A stretch of DNA of 34,204 bases, from UHGV virus genome UHGV-1976995; one strand, 5' to 3'. Shown piece by piece: positions 7,791 through 16,147 of the stretch (positions are counted from its first letter, which is position 1; each line of letters begins with the position of its first letter). The position numbers and the translations under genes are program-made. This DNA is from a virus. The notes beneath the pieces were generated by a model, which worked only from the letters and a program-made list of their open reading frames with translations, ran no database searches and had not been told where the DNA came from.

Positions 7791-8503
7791 ACCAGCCTTA
7801 GTTTTGTCTCAATTGCAACGCCTATAATCTTGCAGTTTCCATTGATTGGCACGAGAGGCCATGCAGGATTAAGTCCCTTGAGGTATTTATTTCCGCCGTC
7901 GATTATCAGCTTCTTGAATGTTGCTTCGTTAGAGTCAGAAAGTTTTGCTATGACCAAGCTGCCGTTGATCGCCTCCCTTCCGGTATCGAAAAGAACGAAT
8001 GTTCCCTCTGGAATGCTTAACCCAACCGGTGCCGTCATTGAATCACCTTCCACTTTAAGCCAAAACGCATTACCTTGAATATGCGCGTCAGACTCAAGCC
8101 AAACATCTATGTCTTTAATGGTGTATGGTTCGCATGCTTCACACCACGAGCCAGCCTGGATACTGCTTAACACCGGATACCTCTTTCCTGCTCTGTATTC
8201 CCCTGCATACCTTACGTTGGCATCGCTCTTAAGGCTTTCTGCCTGTTCTGCAACCTTGGCAGCAATTGACTGGCTAAAATCAGCAATTGAGACTTGCAAC
8301 AATCGTGCAAAACCAGATGCAACCTCAACGTTTAGCGCGTTTCTGCCATTAAGATAATGCCCTACCGCTCCTTGGGTGATACCCAGTTCATCAGCGATTG
8401 AGTATTGGGTTATTCCCAATTCTTTCTTTTTTGACTCATACAAAGCCTTAAGCCGCTTAGCGTCTTCGAGCTGTTCTGTCGTCAGTGATTTTTTATTTTC
8501 CAT
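7787..8503 (-). CDS. cI: CI-type prophage repressor (HTH plus LexA-like S24 autocleavage domain)
   Basis: N-terminal HTH (QYSIADELGITQGAVGHYLNG); C-terminal GDSM Ser and downstream Lys typical of S24 self-cleaving repressors; divergent from cro. Confidence 0.85.
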   Translation of the reverse strand: MENKKSLTTEQLEDAKRLKALYESKKKELGITQYSIADELGITQGAVGHYLNGRNALNVEVASGFARLLQVSIADFSQSIAAKVAEQAESLKSDANVRYAGEYRAGKRYPVLSSIQAGSWCEACEPYTIKDIDVWLESDAHIQGNAFWLKVEGDSMTAPVGLSIPEGTFVLFDTGREAINGSLVIAKLSDSNEATFKKLIIDGGNKYLKGLNPAWPLVPINGNCKIIGVAIETKLRLV

Positions 8504-8609
8504 AGCTTAATTCTAATAGCTAAGGTACTTAAACTAAAAATACCCTGAGTATTGATTGCTTTGAATACCTGTAGTATTCTTTGTTCATGGTTAATAACGG
8601 AGAGTGCAT
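8504..8609. promoter_or_regulatory. OR with PR and PRM
   Basis: Dyads AAATAC-CCTGA-GTATTG (8538..8554) and GAATAC-CTGTA-GTATTC (8563..8579); candidate PR TTGATT(8552)-N17-TATTCT(8575); TAGAAT-like -10 about 6 nt before the cI ATG, with no RBS. Confidence 0.5.
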
Positions 8610-8804
8610 ATGATTCGAATGACACTTGCCGATTACGCCAAAATCCATGGACAGGCTAAAGCAGCCAGTGACTTTGGTGTAATCCAGTGCGCTATCAGCA
8701 AGGCCATTCTGGCAGGCCGTAACATCATGGTTACGGTAAAGCCTGATGGCAGTGTGATTGGAGAGGAAGTTCGTCCTTTCCCAAGCAACAAGAAAAACAA
8801 ATAG
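8610..8804 (+). CDS. cro: Cro repressor
   Basis: [11 protein letters not shown]...[19 protein letters not shown]...PFPSNKK is closely similar to lambda Cro as I recall it; start set to the ATG at 8610 behind ACGGAGAG. Confidence 0.85.
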   Translation: MIRMTLADYAKIHGQAKAASDFGVIQCAISKAILAGRNIMVTVKPDGSVIGEEVRPFPSNKKNK

Positions 8805-8810
8805 TAACAC

Positions 8811-8854
8811 CGCTCTTTAACAGTCATGGTCCTCATTCCCGCCGAAATGCGGGA
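8811..8854 (+). promoter_or_regulatory. nutR (boxA CGCTCTTTAA and boxB hairpin)
   Basis: CGCTCTTTAA at 8811..8820, then TCCCGCCGAAATGCGGGA at 8837..8854, between cro and cII. Confidence 0.65.
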
Positions 8855-8858
8855 ATAC

Positions 8859-8882
8859 AACGCGCATAAGTTGATGCGCATA
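8859..8882 (+). terminator. possible tR1-like hairpin
   Basis: GCGCAT-AAGTTG-ATGCGC hairpin with only a weak T tract, between nutR and cII. Confidence 0.25.
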
Positions 8883-8912
8883 ACTTCTTATTAGTTAAGG
8901 AAATACTTACAT

Positions 8913-9191
8913 ATGCAACTTACAAGTACTCGCAAGAAAGCGAATGCAATTACAAGCAACATCCTGAATCGAATTGCTGTACGTGGTCAGCGAAAGGTGG
9001 CCGACGCATTAGGGATCAATGAATCGCAAATTTCGCGATGGAAAGACAGCTTCATCCCAAAAATGGGAATGCTTCTGGCTGTTCTTGAATGGGGTGTTGA
9101 AGACGAGGAGTTGGCGGAACTGGCTAAGAAAGTAGCCAGAATGCTGACAAAAGAAAAAGCCCCGAAGAACGGCGAATTCTTCGAGGCCTGA
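8913..9191 (+). CDS. cII: CII transcriptional activator
   Basis: Core SQISRWK...IPKMGMLLAVLEWGV matches lambda CII from memory. Confidence 0.85.
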   Translation: MQLTSTRKKANAITSNILNRIAVRGQRKVADALGINESQISRWKDSFIPKMGMLLAVLEWGVEDEELAELAKKVARMLTKEKAPKNGEFFEA

Positions 9192-9225
9192 TGTAGAAAG
9201 ACTGGATCAATCCACAGGAGTAATT

Positions 9226-9387
9226 ATGACAAAACGTCGTAAGAAATACCAGGAAAAAGAAGAGATTCGACACCCTGATTCACCTGAGGGATTAGTGGTA
9301 GCCGCAGCAAATAACAGGGCGTTCGCAGAGCGCCTTGTTGGTGTTTACAGACTAGCCAAAGCAGGAGTGAAACATGGGCGTCGTTAA
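9226..9387 (+). CDS. small basic hypothetical protein (53 aa)
   Basis: Hand-translated MTKRRKKYQEKEE...; AGGAG RBS 7 nt upstream; 3' end overlaps the start of the replication initiator. Confidence 0.3.
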   Translation: MTKRRKKYQEKEEIRHPDSPEGLVVAAANNRAFAERLVGVYRLAKAGVKHGRR

Positions 9388-10264
9388 GTTAGCTGATTAC
9401 AGGCATAACCCTGTACAACATCAGGAGGCATCCAGTATGGGGTATGTCTCTATACACCGCCAGTTTATGGACAGCAGGCTCTATAAGGACTCTCAGGCAG
9501 TACATCTTTGGCTTCACTTAATCCTCAAGGCTAATCACGAATCTACTGTCGTCAATACGGATATCGGTCCGATAACTGTTGATCGCGGTCAGATGATAAC
9601 TGGACGCCCGTCGCTGGTCAGAGAAACATTCATCCCCGACAACAAAGTTCGGAGCTTATTACGGACTTTTGAGTCGAAAGGTATGCTTAATATTTGCTCG
9701 ATGGGGAAGAAATTTAGCCTGTTTACAATCGTTAAATATGACGATTTTCAGGCAAAAAATTGTCCAACGGTTGTCCAACAGTTGTCCAACGCAAACACCA
9801 GTAATGGTGCGGCTCTCAGCGGAGATTGTCCAACGGTTGTCCAACGGTTGTCCATAAACAATAATATAAATAATATCTCTAATACTGACGTATTAGAGAG
9901 TGCCACAGCAGACAAAAAGTCTGACAAGAAAAAACCTTCCGTCAGCTGTCAGGATGTTGTCGATGCTTACCACGAAATCCTTCCTGAAGCGCCAAGAATC
10001 CGCGCACTGAATGACAAGCGTAAAAACCAGATCCGAACGTTCTGGCGCAAAGCCGGAGTGATAACCCGCCAGCTTGACGGGCATGGGTTCACGATGCAGG
10101 ACTGGAGAAATTATTTGAGCTACGTAGGCGAAAATTGTCGATGGATGTTCGAAGAGCGCCCAAACCATCAGCGCGGAACCGTCTGGCACAAAAAGGGATT
10201 TGATTTCCTGCTTAACGACAATACCTACCTGAAAGTTCGTGAGGGTGAACATGATGACCGATAA
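9374..10264 (+). CDS. replication initiation protein (O-like)
   Basis: 296 aa between cII and the helicase; AGGAG RBS; iteron array and AT-rich tract lie inside the coding region, the lambdoid ori arrangement. Confidence 0.7.
   Translation: MGVVKLADYRHNPVQHQEASSMGYVSIHRQFMDSRLYKDSQAVHLWLHLILKANHESTVVNTDIGPITVDRGQMITGRPSLVRETFIPDNKVRSLLRTFESKGMLNICSMGKKFSLFTIVKYDDFQAKNCPTVVQQLSNANTSNGAALSGDCPTVVQRLSINNNINNISNTDVLESATADKKSDKKKPSVSCQDVVDAYHEILPEAPRIRALNDKRKNQIRTFWRKAGVITRQLDGHGFTMQDWRNYLSYVGENCRWMFEERPNHQRGTVWHKKGFDFLLNDNTYLKVREGEHDDR
9760..9900 (+). repeat. origin of replication: six 11-bp iterons (TTGTCCAACGG) in two triplets plus AT-rich tract
   Basis: Iterons at 9760..9792 (three copies) and 9826..9858 (three copies), followed by AATAATATAAATAATATCTCTAATAC. 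Confidence 0.6.
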
Positions 10265-11690
10265 TTTTTATGCGCCGCCCCATAGCATCGAGGCTGAGCA
10301 GGCGGTGATTGGTGGATTGCTTCTGGATGATGACAGCAGTGAGCGCGTCCAGAAAGTTCTGGCGATGCTGAAGCCCGATTCATTTTACAGCCGACCACAC
10401 AAAATCCTTTTCGAAGAAATAACCAGAATGCACCGGGAGCAAAAGCCAGTAGATGGCCTGACGCTTTTCGATGAACTGGAGCGTAAATCGTTAACGGTGT
10501 CTGTTGGCGGTTTTGCTTATATCGCTGAGATCGCAAAGAACACGCCAAGCGCAGCAAACATCGTTGCCTATGCAATGCAGGTTCGTGAAACCGCAATGGA
10601 ACGCTACGCCATCAACCGCATGACTGAAGCGACGGAATTGCTCTATTCCCGCAACGGAATGACTGCAACGCAGAAGTACGAAGCTATTCAGGCGATTTTC
10701 ACGCAACTGACAGACCATGCAAAAACCGGATCGCGTCGCGGCCTTCGCTCATTTGGTGAGGTCATGGAAGACTGGGTTAGCGACCTTGAGAAGAGATTTG
10801 ACCCATCAGGAGAACAACGGGGAATGAGCACAGGGATCCCATCGTTGGACAGGATGCTGTCACCGAAAGGTCTGGTGAAAGGCTCTCTGTTTGTCATTGG
10901 CGCTCGCCCCAAGATGGGGAAAACGACGCTATACAGCCAGATGGCAATCAACTGCGCAGTGCATGAGAAAAAGCCCGCTCTGATGTTCAGCCTTGAAATG
11001 CCAGGTGATCAGATACTGGAAAAACTGGTAGGGCAGAAGTCTGGTGTTAACCCGAATATTTTTTACCTTCCGGCGACAAATGACGCTGATGACGGCTATC
11101 AGGGTGATTACGATGGTGACTTCAACAGGGCGATCGAAACAGCCAATCGCTTGAGTGAAATCGACCTGCTTTACATCGACGACACGCCGGGATTATCTCT
11201 GGCTCAAATCGTCAGCGAAAGCCGTCGAATCAAGCGAGAAAAAGGATGTGTTGGCATGATTCTGGTCGATTACCTGACACTAATGACCGCTGAGAAGGCC
11301 GATCGCAACGACCTTGCCTACGGCATGATCACCAAAGGACTGAAGAACCTTGCCAAAGAGCTTGATTGCGTTGTTGTGCTTCTGACGCAGCTTAACCGCG
11401 CACTGGAAAGCCGAACCAATAAACGCCCATTACCAAGTGACTCACGGGATACAGGGCAGATTGAACAGGATTGCGATTATTGGGTCGGGATCCATCGTGA
11501 AGGCGCTTTTGATGACAGTGTTCCACCTGGTGAAACTGAACTAATCCTTCGTCTCAATCGTCATGGCAATACCGGCACGGTGTATTGCATTCAGGCAAAT
11601 GGCGCTATTTATGACACAGACCAACAGTCTGCTGAAATGCGCCGCCGTGAACGCGAGGAACCGCAGTCCAAGAAGAAAGGAGGATTCTGA
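10251..11690 (+). CDS. replicative DNA helicase, DnaB family
   Basis: DnaB N-terminal domain, Walker A GARPKMGKTTL, Walker B ILVDYL; start set to the ATG at 10251 behind GAGGGTG. Confidence 0.9.
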   Translation: MMTDNFYAPPHSIEAEQAVIGGLLLDDDSSERVQKVLAMLKPDSFYSRPHKILFEEITRMHREQKPVDGLTLFDELERKSLTVSVGGFAYIAEIAKNTPSAANIVAYAMQVRETAMERYAINRMTEATELLYSRNGMTATQKYEAIQAIFTQLTDHAKTGSRRGLRSFGEVMEDWVSDLEKRFDPSGEQRGMSTGIPSLDRMLSPKGLVKGSLFVIGARPKMGKTTLYSQMAINCAVHEKKPALMFSLEMPGDQILEKLVGQKSGVNPNIFYLPATNDADDGYQGDYDGDFNRAIETANRLSEIDLLYIDDTPGLSLAQIVSESRRIKREKGCVGMILVDYLTLMTAEKADRNDLAYGMITKGLKNLAKELDCVVVLLTQLNRALESRTNKRPLPSDSRDTGQIEQDCDYWVGIHREGAFDDSVPPGETELILRLNRHGNTGTVYCIQANGAIYDTDQQSAEMRRREREEPQSKKKGGF

Positions 11691-11718
11691 TGACCATCTA
11701 CATCACTGAGCTAATAAC

Positions 11719-11750
11719 AGGGGCTATTTACACAGTAGCCCTTTTTTATT
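11719..11750 (+). terminator. intrinsic terminator after the replication genes (tR2-like)
   Basis: GGGCTA-(9-nt loop)-TAGCCC followed by TTTTTTATT. Confidence 0.5.
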
Positions 11751-11774
11751 GGATTAAGAACTAGGGGGATCCTG

Positions 11775-11987
11775 ATGGACACCGTTAACGGAATGTGTTC
11801 AGACGCACCGCGTGCCAAAAAATGTAAATGCGGAAAATCACCGACAATATTCGACATGGAGAACGGGTGCCAAATCTACTGCGCTAACCACGCTGCTGTG
11901 GCGGCCGCGAATTATCGCAGTGCGGTAACGGAGTGGAATAACCTGAAATCTGTTAGAGAGGGAAGTCATGAAAAAACTAACCTTTGA
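11775..11987 (+). CDS. Cys-rich small hypothetical protein
   Basis: Track ORF; GGGGGA RBS; CKCG...CQIYCANH suggests a zinc-ribbon-like motif; overlaps the ninB start by 20 nt. Confidence 0.4.
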   Translation: MDTVNGMCSDAPRAKKCKCGKSPTIFDMENGCQIYCANHAAVAAANYRSAVTEWNNLKSVREGSHEKTNL

Positions 11988-12408
11988 AATTCGATCCCCA
12001 GCACATCAGCAAAACGCTATTCACGCGGTACAGCAAATCCTTCCAGACCCGACCAAACCAATCGTAGTAACCATTCAGGAACGCAACCGCAGCTTAGACC
12101 AGAATCGAAAGCTATGGGCCTGCTTAGGTGACGTCTCTCGTCAGGTTGAATGGCATGGTCGCTGGCTGGATGCAGAAAGCTGGAAGTGTGTGTTTACCGC
12201 AGCATTAAAGCAGCAGGATGTTGTTCCTAACCTTGCCGGGAATGGCTTTGTGGTAATAGGCCAGTCAACCAGCAGGATGCGTGTAAGCGAATTTGCGGAG
12301 CTATTAGAGCTTATACAGGCATTCGGTACAGAACGTGGCGTTAAGTGGTCAGACGAAGCGCGACTGGCTCTGGAATGGAAAGCGAGATGGGGAGACAGGG
12401 CTGCATGA
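11968..12408 (+). CDS. ninB: NinB recombination protein
   Basis: Sequence resembles lambda NinB from memory; GAGGGAAG RBS; first gene of a nin-like cluster. Confidence 0.8.
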   Translation: MKKLTFEIRSPAHQQNAIHAVQQILPDPTKPIVVTIQERNRSLDQNRKLWACLGDVSRQVEWHGRWLDAESWKCVFTAALKQQDVVPNLAGNGFVVIGQSTSRMRVSEFAELLELIQAFGTERGVKWSDEARLALEWKARWGDRAA

Positions 12409-12932
12409 CTATCAAATCAAATACGCCAGCACACGACAAGGACTGCTGGCAAACGCCGCTTTGGCTTTTTGATGCACTGGATATTGAGTTTGGATTCTGG
12501 CTGGATTCTGCAGCGAGCGACAAAAATGCTCTGTGTGCTCACTGGCTAACTGAGGCCGACGACGCGCTCAATTCTGAGTGGGTAAGCCACGGTGCAATCT
12601 GGAATAACCCACCGTACAGCAATATCAGGCCGTGGGTGGAAAAAGCCGCTGAGCAGTGCATACAACAGCGACAGACGGTAGTTATGCTTGTGCCAGAGGA
12701 TATGTCAGTCGGATGGTTCAGCAAGGCTCTGGAGAGTGTCGACGAAGTTCGCATTATCACTGATGGACGGATTAATTTTATCGAACCATCGACAGGGCTG
12801 GAGAAGAAGGGAAACAGCAAAGGCTCCATGCTGCTGATTTGGCGACCGTTCATCAGTCCTCGACGGATGTTTACTACCGTATCCAAAGCGGCATTGATGG
12901 CGATCGGGCAGGGCGTCAGGAGGGCGGCATGA
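12405..12932 (+). CDS. DNA N6-adenine methyltransferase (phage Dam type)
   Basis: Track ORF trimmed to the ATG at 12405 (ATGA overlap with ninB); NPPYS catalytic motif. Confidence 0.8.
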   Translation: MTIKSNTPAHDKDCWQTPLWLFDALDIEFGFWLDSAASDKNALCAHWLTEADDALNSEWVSHGAIWNNPPYSNIRPWVEKAAEQCIQQRQTVVMLVPEDMSVGWFSKALESVDEVRIITDGRINFIEPSTGLEKKGNSKGSMLLIWRPFISPRRMFTTVSKAALMAIGQGVRRAA

Positions 12933-13111
12933 GGCGACAGCGACGAAGTTTCACCGACATCATCTGCGAAAACTGCAAATACCTTCCAACGAAACGCTCC
13001 AGAAATAAACGCAAGCCAATCCCAAAAGAATCTGACGTAAAAACCTTCAATTACACAGCTCACCTGTGGGATATCCGGTGGCTTAGAGAACGTGCGAGGA
13101 AAACAAGGTGA
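12929..13111 (+). CDS. ninE: NinE
   Basis: [23 protein letters not shown]... closely matches lambda NinE from memory; ATGA overlap with the upstream gene. Confidence 0.8.
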   Translation: MRRQRRSFTDIICENCKYLPTKRSRNKRKPIPKESDVKTFNYTAHLWDIRWLRERARKTR

Positions 13112-13278
13112 TTGACCCAAATCGAAGTTACGAACAAGAAAGCGTCGAGCGGGCTTTAACGTGCGCTAACTGCGGTCAGAAGCTGCATGTGCTGGAAGTT
13201 CACATGTGTGAGCACTGCTGCGCAGAACTGATGAGCGATCCGAATAGCTCAATGTACGAGGAAGAAGACGATGAGTGA
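13108..13278 (+). CDS. ninF: NinF (56 aa)
   Basis: Hand-translated from a GTG overlapping the ninE stop: [32 protein letters not shown]..., matching lambda NinF from memory. Confidence 0.7.
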   Translation: MIDPNRSYEQESVERALTCANCGQKLHVLEVHMCEHCCAELMSDPNSSMYEEEDDE

Positions 13279-13483
13279 TTACCTGAAATGGTATCTCTGC
13301 CACCGCTGGTTAATTAAGTTTGCTGTAAAAGACTGGATGACAGCGGATGCCAACAAGCTTAAGCAAAGAAAAGACTATTACTACGCCAGAATGAAGGAAA
13401 ACTACTGCTCAATTCGCACTCGCATATTTATTAAAAAAGACCTTCAGTCAATTCTTCAATTGCGAGGGAAGGTAAATGGCTAA
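13271..13483 (+). CDS. hypothetical protein (70 aa)
   Basis: Track ORF with overlapping start; basic; between ninF and the ybcO-like gene. Confidence 0.45.
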   Translation: MSDYLKWYLCHRWLIKFAVKDWMTADANKLKQRKDYYYARMKENYCSIRTRIFIKKDLQSILQLRGKVNG

Positions 13484-13766
13484 CCTACGCAAAGAAGCAC
13501 GCGGCAGAGAATGCCAGGTACGTATTTACGGCGTATGCAATGGCAACCCTGAAACTACAGTTCTGGCACATTACCGGATGGCTGGAATTTGCGGAACGGG
13601 AATGAAGCCTGACGACCTGATCGGCGCATGGGCTTGTAGCGCGTGTCACGATGAAATCGACCGACGCACCCATAACCTCGACAACAAAGACGCCAGACTT
13701 TACCACCTCGAAGGCGTGATCAGGACGCAGGCGGTATTGCTGAAGGAGGGGAAGGTTAAGTCATGA
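13476..13766 (+). CDS. YbcO-like putative nuclease (DUF1364-like)
   Basis: Cys-rich pattern GRECQVRIYGVCNGNPETTVLAH...CSACHDEIDRRTH recalls E. coli DLP12 YbcO. Confidence 0.7.
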   Translation: MANLRKEARGRECQVRIYGVCNGNPETTVLAHYRMAGICGTGMKPDDLIGAWACSACHDEIDRRTHNLDNKDARLYHLEGVIRTQAVLLKEGKVKS

Positions 13767-14125
13767 ATGAATATCGGTTTGTGCTTCCATACCCGCCGTC
13801 GGTGAATACCTACTGGCGAAGAAGGGGAAGCCAATACTACATCAGCGATAAAGGCCAGAAATACCGAAAAGATGTACAGCAAATAATCCGCCAACTCAAG
13901 TTAGACATTTTCACCAAATCACGACTCCGCATCAAAGTCATTGCAGACGTTCCAGACTCCCGCCGCCGCGACCTCGACAACATCCTGAAAGGTTTACTCG
14001 ACTCCCTTATCCACGCCGGATTTGCGGAAGACGACGAGCAATTCGATGACATTCGCGTAATTCGTGGTGTGAAAGTACCAGGTGGAAGGCTTGGAATAAA
14101 AATCACCGAACTGGAGAACGCATGA
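13763..14125 (+). CDS. rusA: Holliday junction resolvase RusA
   Basis: Conserved RusA motifs (PPSVNTYW, RRRDLDN, GGRL) as I recall from E. coli RusA. Confidence 0.85.
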   Translation: MNEYRFVLPYPPSVNTYWRRRGSQYYISDKGQKYRKDVQQIIRQLKLDIFTKSRLRIKVIADVPDSRRRDLDNILKGLLDSLIHAGFAEDDEQFDDIRVIRGVKVPGGRLGIKITELENA

Positions 14126-14310
14126 ACGCCACAATTCAAACGATACCAGAGCTTCTTATCCAGACACGAGGCAATCAGACCGAAGTGGCAAGGATGCTTT
14201 CCTGCGCAAGAGGAACAGTGCTCAAGTACAACCGAGACAGCAAAGGCGAGCGTCACGTAATAGTTAACGGCGTCCTGATGGTCAAACAGGGCAAAAGGGG
14301 AAGGCCATGA
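14122..14310 (+). CDS. ninH: NinH-like protein
   Basis: GNQTEVARML.C.RGTV.KY...NGVLMV pattern matches lambda NinH from memory. Confidence 0.7.
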   Translation: MNATIQTIPELLIQTRGNQTEVARMLSCARGTVLKYNRDSKGERHVIVNGVLMVKQGKRGRP

Positions 14311-14930
14311 GACTCGAAAGCGTAGCTAAATTTCATTCGCCAAAAAGCCCGATGATGAGCGACTCACCACGGGCCACGGCTTCTGACTCTCTTTCCGGTA
14401 CTGATGTGATGGCTGCTATGGGGATGGCGCAATCACAAGCCGGATTCGGAATGGCTGCATTCTGCGGTAAGCATGAACTCAGCCAGAACGACAAACAAAA
14501 GGCTATCAACTATCTGATGCAATTTGCACACAAGGTATCGGGGAAATACCGTGGCGTTGCAAAGCTTGAAGGAAATACTAAGGCAAAGGTACTGCAAGTA
14601 CTCGCAACATTCGCTTATGCGGATTATTGCCGTAGTGCCGCGACGCCGGGCGCAAGATGCAGAGATTGCCACGGTACAGGTCGTGCGGTTGATATAGCAA
14701 AAACAGAGCAGTGGGGGAGAGTTGTTGAGAAAGAGTGCGGAAGATGCAAAGGCGTCGGCTATTCAAGAATGCCAGCAAGCGCCGCATATCGCGCTGTAAC
14801 GATGCTAATCCCAAACCTTACTCAACCCACCTGGTCACGCACTGTTAAGCCGCTGTATGACGCTCTGGTGGTGCAATGCCACAAGGAAGAGTCAATCGCA
14901 GACAACATTTTGAATGCGGTCACACGTTAG
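14307..14930 (+). CDS. late-gene antiterminator Q (zinc-binding Q family)
   Basis: Paired Cys motifs CRDCHGTG and CGRCKG; immediately upstream of a promoter, short transcript and terminator; resembles P22 gp23 from memory. Confidence 0.8.
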   Translation: MRLESVAKFHSPKSPMMSDSPRATASDSLSGTDVMAAMGMAQSQAGFGMAAFCGKHELSQNDKQKAINYLMQFAHKVSGKYRGVAKLEGNTKAKVLQVLATFAYADYCRSAATPGARCRDCHGTGRAVDIAKTEQWGRVVEKECGRCKGVGYSRMPASAAYRAVTMLIPNLTQPTWSRTVKPLYDALVVQCHKEESIADNILNAVTR

Positions 14931-14972
14931 CAGCATGATTGCCACGGATGGCAACATATTAACGGCATGATA

Positions 14973-15001
14973 TTGACTTATTGAATAAAATTGGGTAAAT
15001 T
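14973..15001 (+). promoter_or_regulatory. candidate late promoter PR' (TTGACT-N17-TAAATT)
   Basis: Consensus-like -35 TTGACT at 14973 and -10 TAAATT at 14996, just downstream of the Q gene. Confidence 0.45.
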
Positions 15002-15035
15002 TGACTCAACGATGGATAAATGCACTCGTTAAATA

Positions 15036-15072
15036 AAGCCCTGAGTTAATAGCTCGGGGCTTTTTGCGTTTT
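15036..15072 (+). terminator. tR'-like intrinsic terminator ending a short late-leader RNA
   Basis: GCCCTGAG-loop-CTCGGGGC (one G-U pair) followed by TTTTTGCGTTTT, about 40 to 60 nt downstream of the putative PR' start. Confidence 0.6.
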
Positions 15073-15363
15073 AAGCACGGACTTTCTGAAAGCACATCAA
15101 ACCAAATACCAGACAGACCAAAATAATCACCTTATCCGCTGTGGCTACGGTGTGGTGTGCTTTGCATAAAAGAAAACCAGCGCAATGGCTGGCTTCGTGA
15201 AAGCGGGTGGCAAGAGGCTGCGCTAACAACCTCCTGCCGTTTTGCTCGTGCATATCGGTCACGAACAAATCTGATTACTAAACACAGTAGCCTGGATTTG
15301 TTCTATCAGTAATCGACCTTATTCCTAATTAAATAGAGCAAATCCCCTTATTGGGGGTAAGAC

Positions 15364-15687
15364 ATGAAGATGCCAGAAAAACATGACCTGTTAGCCGCCA
15401 TTCTCGCGGCAAAGGAACAAGGCATCGGGGCAATCCTTGCGTTTGCAATGGCGTACCTTCGCGGCAGATATAATGGCGGTGCGTTTACAAAAACAGTAAT
15501 CGACGCAACGATGTGCGCCATTATCGCCTGGTTCATTCGTGACCTTCTCGACTTCGCCGGACTAAGTAGCAATCTCGCTTATATAACGAGCGTGTTCATC
15601 GGCTACATCGGTACTGACTCGATTGGTTCGCTTATCAAACGCTTCGCTGCTAAAAAAGCCGGAGTAGAAGATGGTGGAAATCAATAA
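15364..15687 (+). CDS. S: class I holin, lambda S type, with dual-start MKM motif
   Basis: 107 aa, near-identical to lambda S as I recall it, including the Met1-Lys2-Met3 dual start. Confidence 0.9.
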   Translation: MKMPEKHDLLAAILAAKEQGIGAILAFAMAYLRGRYNGGAFTKTVIDATMCAIIAWFIRDLLDFAGLSSNLAYITSVFIGYIGTDSIGSLIKRFAAKKAGVEDGGNQ

Positions 15688-16147
15688 TCAACGTAAGGCG
15701 TTCCTCGATATGCTGGCGTGGTCAGAGGGAACTGATAACGGACGTCAGAAAACCAGAAATCATGGTTATGACGTCATTGTTGGCGGAGAGCTATTCACTG
15801 ATTACTCCGATCACCCTCGCAAACTTGTCACGCTAAACCCCAAACTCAAATCAACAGCAGCCGGACGTTACCAGCTTCTTTTCCGTTGGTGGGATGCCTA
15901 TCGTAAGCAGCTTGGCCTGAAAGACTTCTCTCCCAAAAGCCAGGACGCTGTGGCATTGCAGCAGATTAAAGAGCGTGGCGCTTTACCGATGATTGATCGC
16001 GGTGATATTCGTCAGGCTATCGACCGTTGCAGCAATATCTGGGCTTCACTTCCGGGGGCTGGTTACGGTCAGTTTGAGCATAAGGCTGATAGCCTGATTG
16101 CAAAATTCAAAGAAGCAGGCGGAACGGTCAGAGAGATTGAGGTATGA
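15671..16147 (+). CDS. R: endolysin, lambda R type lytic transglycosylase
   Basis: 158 aa, near-identical to lambda R from memory; overlaps the holin stop. Confidence 0.9.
   Translation: MVEINNQRKAFLDMLAWSEGTDNGRQKTRNHGYDVIVGGELFTDYSDHPRKLVTLNPKLKSTAAGRYQLLFRWWDAYRKQLGLKDFSPKSQDAVALQQIKERGALPMIDRGDIRQAIDRCSNIWASLPGAGYGQFEHKADSLIAKFKEAGGTVREIEV

Noticed and set aside
9760-9858. Iteron array and EP hexamer repeat considered as possible CRISPR-like arrays
   Set aside because: Repeat units are 11 bp and 6 bp with no unique spacers of 25 to 40 bp and no cas genes nearby; they fit origin iterons and a coding microsatellite.
10225-10951. Minus-strand ORFs of 123, 75 and 87 aa within the helicase gene
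   Set aside because: Antisense to a strongly supported DnaB-family CDS; no initiation signals.
12539-13120. 193-aa minus-strand ORF across the methyltransferase and ninE
   Set aside because: Antisense to two compactly coupled nin genes with recognisable products; likely a chance open frame.
15071-15268. 65-aa minus-strand ORF in the late leader between tR' and the holin gene
   Set aside because: No RBS; lies in a region corresponding to the untranslated late leader in lambda.
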